Shown here: positions 26,807-32,000 of the stretch, piece after piece
How the letters are laid out: the number at the start of each line of letters is the position of its first letter
Position numbering within the stretch: position 1 is the stretch's first letter
Source: Promethearchaeum syntrophicum
GTDB lineage: Archaea > Asgardarchaeota > Lokiarchaeia > Sigyniarchaeales > Promethearchaeaceae
Assembly (NCBI RefSeq): GCF_008000775.2
Contig: NZ_CP042905.2
Span: forward strand, 240,001 to 272,000
DNA length: 32,000 nt
Direction of reading: 5' to 3'
Notes under the pieces: model-generated
Seen by the model: only the letters and a program-made list of their open reading frames with translations
What the model was told of the DNA's origin: nothing
The model's database searches: none
Made by a program: the position numbers and the translations under genes

Positions 26807-28945
26807 ATGGATAAATTCGAGAAGAGCGAAACCGAGGAGATGTTCAATTATAACGGAATACTAATGGTCAAAAGCAATGCCGAAGTGCTCATTGAGTTCG
26901 AGAAAATTTTTGGAAACCCCATCACTTTCATCAAAGTCGAATCCAGCCAGAATTCATACAAAATAATTAACCTTGAGAATAATAAAGCGGTTAATTTTAC
27001 TGTCCACAATAATTATATTATCACTTTAAGCCATAAAGGGGGTTTTGCTAAAAAAACCGAGTCAAAAACTTCTAACCTGCCCGAAAACATCGGGAATCTA
27101 ACAGAACTGAAGGATTTATGGATTGAACGGCAAAATATAACCGAATTACCGCAATCCTTTAGCGATCTCATAAAATTACGTCAAATTTCCATTAGATGGA
27201 GTAAATTACAGTCAGTTAATCTGCTGTTTGAGCGATTTACCGAACTCGAGGAGATGAATCTTAGCGCAAACATGCTCACCGAATTTCCAAAAAACATCGA
27301 AAAGGCACCAAACCTTACAAAACTCATATTAAACTCAAATCCTATTCGATCGATACCGAAAAGTATCGCGAAATCTAATTCAATCGAGAGAATCGATCTT
27401 GAAAGTTGCAAGATCACCACAATCCCAAAAGCGCTTAAAAAACTCCCAAATCTAAAAAGGTTAAATATCAATAGAAATGAAATTAAATATATTCCCGATT
27501 TTGTTTCGGAAATGGCGAATTTTAGTTTACTTGTTCTAAATTATAACCCGCTGCGTTCTCTCTCTAATATTCCACGGAGAACGCTAGAATTTCATTCTGA
27601 AAATTTTCTGAAATCAAAAAATGACCCAAATGCTCGAGAATATGATAGATTAATGCTCTCAAGAAAAGGATTTGATCTATTCACAAGCGGCCACATCGAC
27701 GGTTTACTCAGATATTATACAAAATCGCCCAATAAACTCACAAAGCTATTCTTAAAGCAATTCTTAGGCGACTCCCGATTACTCACACTTGAAGAGATGA
27801 ATCGAATACTCCATGAAGCGGATGACCCCGAACTTCAGCTACTCAACTCCGCGCTCCACAATCCTTGCTACAATGTTCCTACGATAAGCCCTCATCCCAC
27901 ATTGGATGTAATCCAAAAAGTAATCGATCGTATCAATCAGCGAAAGGAAATTGATGCGGAGATCGACTATCAGATCCAACACCCCGCACTTTTACCAAGC
28001 CATCTTGCGTTTATCAATGAGCTTGTCATATCCAAGAAGTCCCAGAAATCCGCTGGTGACTTCTCATACGACTTCAAATTCAGAAATGAAACCAAGCCGA
28101 AATTCTATGTTGTTTATGAGATCACCTCATTAACTATAAATAATCTCCCAATTCCTAAAAATATTGAAAATCTCGCCACAACTCTAAGAGAATTATATAT
28201 TTCAAACCTAAATGAAGATGATTCTCGCACTATACAAAAAGTTCCTTTCCATAAACTCCAAAATCTCGAAACTCTCTACATGGATAATTGTAGACTAAAT
28301 CAGTTTCCCAAAAACATCCAATATCTCAAAAATCTTAAAAACCTCCGTTTCACGAGAAATAACCTCCCCACTCTCCCACAATGGCTCGGAAACCTCACAA
28401 AACTTGATAGTTTTACATGTCATAATAATTCAATTTTATTTATGCCCGATTCCTTGAAAAACTTACAAAATCTCACAGAAATCAATATCGGTGGAAACTT
28501 GATCGAAATTGTGCCAGGTTTTATCGCTACACTTGATAATCTCCGATTTCTGTCTATCTGGGGCAATCCTCTCCGTTCATTTTCAAATATCCCTGAATAT
28601 TTATTCGCAGACACCATTAGGGATGGATTGAAAGAAGGAACATTTCGGAGCGACATGCTAGACCCCAAAGGGAAAGAACTCCTTGAGAATTTCAAAAACG
28701 GTATTTCCGAAAACTTCACTCAGCTCTATAACCATTATAAAAAGTCCCCTAAACAACTCGCACAGCAATATGTTGATAATCCAAAATCATTAACCAAAGT
28801 TGAGCGAGGCAGGCTTGCATGGGAAGGGGGACTCCGTGAGCGTGAAATACTCGAACTAAAACTACAACCCGAAGATCCCACCCTTCTCGAGATCAATAAA
28901 CGACTTTCCGTCCCGCTCAAGAATGGACTCAGAATCATGAAATAA
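26807..28945 (+). CDS. Leucine-rich-repeat protein with duplicated LRR + post-LRR module
   Basis: LRR series LTKLILNSNPIRSIPKSIAKSNSIERIDLESCKITTIPKALKKLPNLKRLNINRNEI and LRFTRNNLPTLPQWLGNLTKLDSFTCHNNSILFMPDSLKNL; each block followed by NPLRS(L/F)SNIP and (Y/H)Y.KSP..L. Confidence 0.9.
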   Translation: MDKFEKSETEEMFNYNGILMVKSNAEVLIEFEKIFGNPITFIKVESSQNSYKIINLENNKAVNFTVHNNYIITLSHKGGFAKKTESKTSNLPENIGNLTELKDLWIERQNITELPQSFSDLIKLRQISIRWSKLQSVNLLFERFTELEEMNLSANMLTEFPKNIEKAPNLTKLILNSNPIRSIPKSIAKSNSIERIDLESCKITTIPKALKKLPNLKRLNINRNEIKYIPDFVSEMANFSLLVLNYNPLRSLSNIPRRTLEFHSENFLKSKNDPNAREYDRLMLSRKGFDLFTSGHIDGLLRYYTKSPNKLTKLFLKQFLGDSRLLTLEEMNRILHEADDPELQLLNSALHNPCYNVPTISPHPTLDVIQKVIDRINQRKEIDAEIDYQIQHPALLPSHLAFINELVISKKSQKSAGDFSYDFKFRNETKPKFYVVYEITSLTINNLPIPKNIENLATTLRELYISNLNEDDSRTIQKVPFHKLQNLETLYMDNCRLNQFPKNIQYLKNLKNLRFTRNNLPTLPQWLGNLTKLDSFTCHNNSILFMPDSLKNLQNLTEINIGGNLIEIVPGFIATLDNLRFLSIWGNPLRSFSNIPEYLFADTIRDGLKEGTFRSDMLDPKGKELLENFKNGISENFTQLYNHYKKSPKQLAQQYVDNPKSLTKVERGRLAWEGGLREREILELKLQPEDPTLLEINKRLSVPLKNGLRIMK

Positions 28946-29075
28946 TTCATGAATCGACAACTATAATTAAAAATTATTTTGTAAAAAAGTTATTTTATCT
29001 TTTGGTAATAGATACAACTTAGGTTTTTAGATAAAAAATTAATTTTATTTTATTTTAACTAATATTTTCATTGAA

Positions 29076-29507
29076 TCATATTAAATCTGAAACATTTTTA
29101 CCCAATATATTAATTTTATCCCAAATTGATTTGTATAATTCAGCAATTTTATCTTCATCACTGATCTCTTTTATACCCATCCAATAATCCTTAAGATCTG
29201 TATTTTCTGGATGTTCAATCACCCATTTATCAATGAAAATCATTTGTTCTTCTAAAGAATTCTCGATTGTAATACCTCTTAAGGCAGCTATAACTTTATT
29301 AAATTTTCCATCTCGTTTGAGAGTTTTTTCTTTAAATTCAATATAATCATCGATCATTCTTTCTATTGTCTTAGATTTATCTCGTGGATCGCCTGCAATT
29401 ATTTCTAACGCTGTAACGTATTTTTTTGGTATCGTAATATATATTTTTTCAGTTCGTTCGGATACAGGTTTTTTCGCAACAGGTTTTTTTGCAGGCATAT
29501 TTTTCAC
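29076..29507 (-). CDS. Putative ribbon-helix-helix-like DNA-binding protein
   Basis: Basic N-terminus with PAKKPVAKKP, then SERTEKIYITIPKKYVTALEIIAGDPRDKSKTIERMIDDYIEF resembling an RHH core, plus ~90 aa helical C-terminus. Confidence 0.55.
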   Translation of the reverse strand: MKNMPAKKPVAKKPVSERTEKIYITIPKKYVTALEIIAGDPRDKSKTIERMIDDYIEFKEKTLKRDGKFNKVIAALRGITIENSLEEQMIFIDKWVIEHPENTDLKDYWMGIKEISDEDKIAELYKSIWDKINILGKNVSDLI

Positions 29508-29519
29508 TTTTTATTTTTT

Positions 29520-29563
29520 AGCTCTATGAAGCTGGTTTCAAAGCTATAAAGCTGGTTTTAAAA
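29520..29563. repeat. Imperfect direct repeat around GAAGCTGGTTTCA / AAAGCTGGTTTTA upstream of the RHH-like gene
   Basis: agctctatgaagctggtttcaaagctataaagctggttttaaa read directly. Confidence 0.6.
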
Positions 29564-29720
29564 CAAATTGAAAATCTTAAAGTTTTTTTGCAATTCTCAT
29601 TTTGTTTTTGATGATTTTTTTAATTTGGTAAAGATTTTTGACGATTTATTAATTTTTTCAATATTACTAACGACTTTATTCGATCAAAATCATATTAATC
29701 CGATAATAACCGACATATTT

Positions 29721-29741
29721 ATATAGTCGACTTGACTATAT
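29721..29741. promoter_or_regulatory. Inverted repeat atatagtc-gactt-gactatat overlapping a TATA-like element
   Basis: 8-bp perfectly complementary arms with a 5-bp spacer, followed by aaagg, about 130 bp upstream of the winged-helix gene at 29858. Confidence 0.5.
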
Positions 29742-29857
29742 AAAGGTAATGGTTAGCTCCCATTGTAAGCTATTTAGCTCCTTTCAAAAAATAATTATAA
29801 ATTTTCCTTTAAAAATTTTTTGTCGGTTAAACTAACCAGGAAAAAATAAAAAAAAGA

Positions 29858-30118
29858 GTGTGTGCAAAAATGGTTGATCTTAGTAAATTTGAGGATGGAC
29901 TGATGTTTAGTCCCTTACAAAAAACGCTGTTAAATGTCTTAGAAAAGAACGGTCCTTTAACTCGTGCAGATTTAGTTAAACAATTAGCATCTCCCAGGAC
30001 AACGATTTACGATAATCTAACTAGATTACAAAATCATAATTTAATTCGTAAATTTTCCCGTCCTACAAATTCCCGCGGAAGACCGTTGGTATTTTTTAAA
30101 TTAGTAGATGAGGATTAG
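29858..30118 (+). CDS. Winged-helix transcriptional regulator (MarR/TrmB-like DNA-binding domain)
   Basis: FSPLQKTLLNVLEKNGPLTRADLVKQLASPRTTIYDNLTRLQNHNLIRKFSRPTNSRGRPLVFFKLVDE; an internal ATG at 29870 is an alternative start. Confidence 0.85.
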   Translation: MCAKMVDLSKFEDGLMFSPLQKTLLNVLEKNGPLTRADLVKQLASPRTTIYDNLTRLQNHNLIRKFSRPTNSRGRPLVFFKLVDED

Positions 30119-30140
30119 AAAATTTTAGAGGTAAAATATC

Positions 30141-30284
30141 ATGGAGACATTAAATCAAATATTCTTAATCGGTGATACAACATATCAACGAGTTTTCAAC
30201 AGAAACAACGAAGCTAATCTAATTGAAGTAAAAACTCCTGAATATTTAACATTAAAACAATCTAAAAATAGTATTTATAACTAA
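30141..30284 (+). CDS. Small ORF (47 aa) immediately downstream of the winged-helix gene
   Basis: METLNQIFLIGDTTYQRVFNRNNEANLIEVKTPEYLTLKQSKNSIYN; preceded by a purine-rich agaggt about 10 nt upstream; below the track's length cut-off. Confidence 0.4.
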   Translation: METLNQIFLIGDTTYQRVFNRNNEANLIEVKTPEYLTLKQSKNSIYN

Positions 30285-30992
30285 ATTTTTTAAAAAATTA
30301 ATATCTTGAAAAGAAATTTTTTTTCTTTTCTTATTTATAAAGTGTTATTTACATCATATGGTGATAATCGAAATGGGATTCCAAACAAACTTTCAACAAA
30401 ATAACATCTATCATACGATAGAAAAAAGGCTTATTAGCATTTTAGATAAGGAAAACGCTCAAACAACTCAAAATTATAATAATTATATAATTCCTTGCAC
30501 AAATTTAACAATAAAAAATTATAATGGTCTTTTAGATGTATTAAATCGAAAAATTTTAAATATAAAATAATAATTGTTGTCTTTTTTCAGGATTCAAAAT
30601 TTGAAATTAGAGTTCCTCTGGAATAATTAACCTCATAATATAAGATAATCAATAAGATAATATCTTTTGGAGAGGGGTTTGGTGGCAATTGGAACTGAAA
30701 TAAATAAAATTAGAATAATAATTAATATATTAAAAAAATAAAAATACCACATTTACAGCTTACTTATTCTATATTTATATTATTCTATCTTTTAACTAGT
30801 TTGATGATGTGGTTTGGTTAACATTCTAATATGGTTAAATTAATATTTTTGTCGAGTTCGATCTTTTTTTATTTAGAATATTTCATATTTAAATGAATCT
30901 AAATTGAAAAAATAAAAAACTAAGAATAGTTTTCCAATGGAAACAGTACCACTTTTCAAAAAAATTTCATATTAAGGAGAATTCAGAAAAAT

Positions 30993-32000
30993 ATGGAAGA
31001 AGTTGAAAAAAAAGGAACTTCAGGCAAAGTTATTGTGTTTGGAATTTTCCTGGCGACTTTCTTTTGTAGTTTTCGGGACAAGTTAATGATTTAATCACAG
31101 TTAAATATCTTCCGGCACAATTTGCTGGGGATTCAGTTATGTTTGCTTTTACTTTTTCAGCTTTCTCATTAGGTAAAATTTTAACAATGATTTTATTTGC
31201 TAAGTTAAGTGACCGAATTGGGCGTAAAAAGATTTTACTTTTAGCGTTTTCGTTGTATTCTTTAGGGACTTTTTTAGCAGGTATTGCTCAGACTCCACTT
31301 CAATTTATGATTTTTCGCTTTATCAAAGGAACAAGTGCATTTGAAGGAGTAGTATTAGCCTTAATTAACGATTATTATAAAGAGGGAGAAAGAGGAAAAG
31401 CTATGGCAATTTTTAGCGCATCCTTTGGAATTGGTGCTTTAATTGGATCAGTTTTGGGCGGTTACTTTTTAATTTGGTTTGAATACAAGACATCTTTTTT
31501 TATTTTAGGCTTTGTTACTTTGTTATCAATTTTATTCGTTTTTCTTTGTATTTCTAATCATCCTGATCAGAAAATCGAAATCATAAGAAAAACATCTGAA
31601 TATCTCAAAAAAGAAAGGAAACTTCGATTGAATAAGACTTTAAAGACAAAAAATTACATTTTAGCCGTAATAATAAATTTCCTCTTAATGTTTTGTCTTC
31701 AAGGGATATCAACTTATATGATTTTCATCATTCTAAATCATTATTTGATTCTTGAAGAACTCTCAGGATTAATCCTATTTCCAATTACTTTTTCATATAT
31801 CTTTTTTGCACTTGTAATGGGGAAAAAGGAAAACCCAATTAGAATAATTCGTTTCGGTCTAATTATTTTAACAATAAGCTTGTTTTCGGTGATAATTTTG
31901 AATTTTTATGATTTTATATTAATATTTGTAATCGCTGCAGGAATTTCCTCAAGTGCTTTAGGTGCAATCACTCCTGCTGTAGATAATTATATCTCAAGTT
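30993..32000 (+). pseudogene. MFS transporter N-terminal part, frameshifted near the 5' end and truncated by the window edge
   Basis: ATG at 30993 gives MEEVEKKGTSGKVIVFGIFLATFFCSF; after the T-run at 31070-31073 the sequence continues in another frame as SGQVNDLITVKYLPAQFAGDSVMFAFTFSAFSLGKILTMILFAKLSDRIGRKKILLLAFS... (MFS DRxGRKK motif), open to the right edge. Could be a sequencing error rather than a true pseudogene. Confidence 0.75.

Noticed and set aside
27181-28950. Minus-strand ORFs 27181..27471, 28420..28719, 28735..28950 and plus-strand 27951..28133
   Set aside because: All are embedded in the LRR gene in other frames; length is explained by the higher GC of that gene.
1-32000. CRISPR array, prophage, transposase or toxin-antitoxin system
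   Set aside because: No regularly spaced repeats, no Cas-like, integrase, transposase or capsid-like proteins were recognised. The RHH-like gene has no short partner ORF next to it that would support a TA call.

Overview
AT-rich, gene-dense archaeal window. The gene content points to an Asgard archaeon (inference): TFB, L15e, the RNase P proteins Pop5 and Rpp30, and archaeal lipid enzymes occur with several eukaryotic-signature-type proteins. Readable housekeeping genes include a DUF5591/ArcS-like fragment, DUF371, Trm5, TFB, myo-inositol-1-phosphate synthase, Pop5/Rpp30, a PF01877-type RNA-binding protein, L15e, SerRS, Sua5, UbiA and Sec59-type membrane enzymes, and an intact tRNA-Arg(TCU). 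The most interesting content is a dispersed small-GTPase/regulator set. It comprises a Rag/Gtr-like GTPase with an HKxD G4 motif and a C-terminal roadblock-like region, a longin-like + duplicated winged-helix protein reminiscent of Nprl2/3 architecture, a free-standing roadblock/LC7 protein, and an MglA-like GTPase next to the RNase P/L15e cluster. Other notable items: tandem paralogous coiled-coil proteins with a shared 'AQDGL.G.S' motif and shared C-terminal domain; a Par14-like parvulin; a gamma-carbonic-anhydrase-fold protein lacking the expected catalytic histidines; a duplicated LRR + post-LRR module protein in a compositionally distinct gene; a radical SAM/B12 gene whose conserved N-terminus extends upstream of any ATG/GTG/TTG; a frameshifted MFS gene at the right edge; and several short repeats in promoter regions. 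No CRISPR array, rRNA or convincing mobile element was seen.
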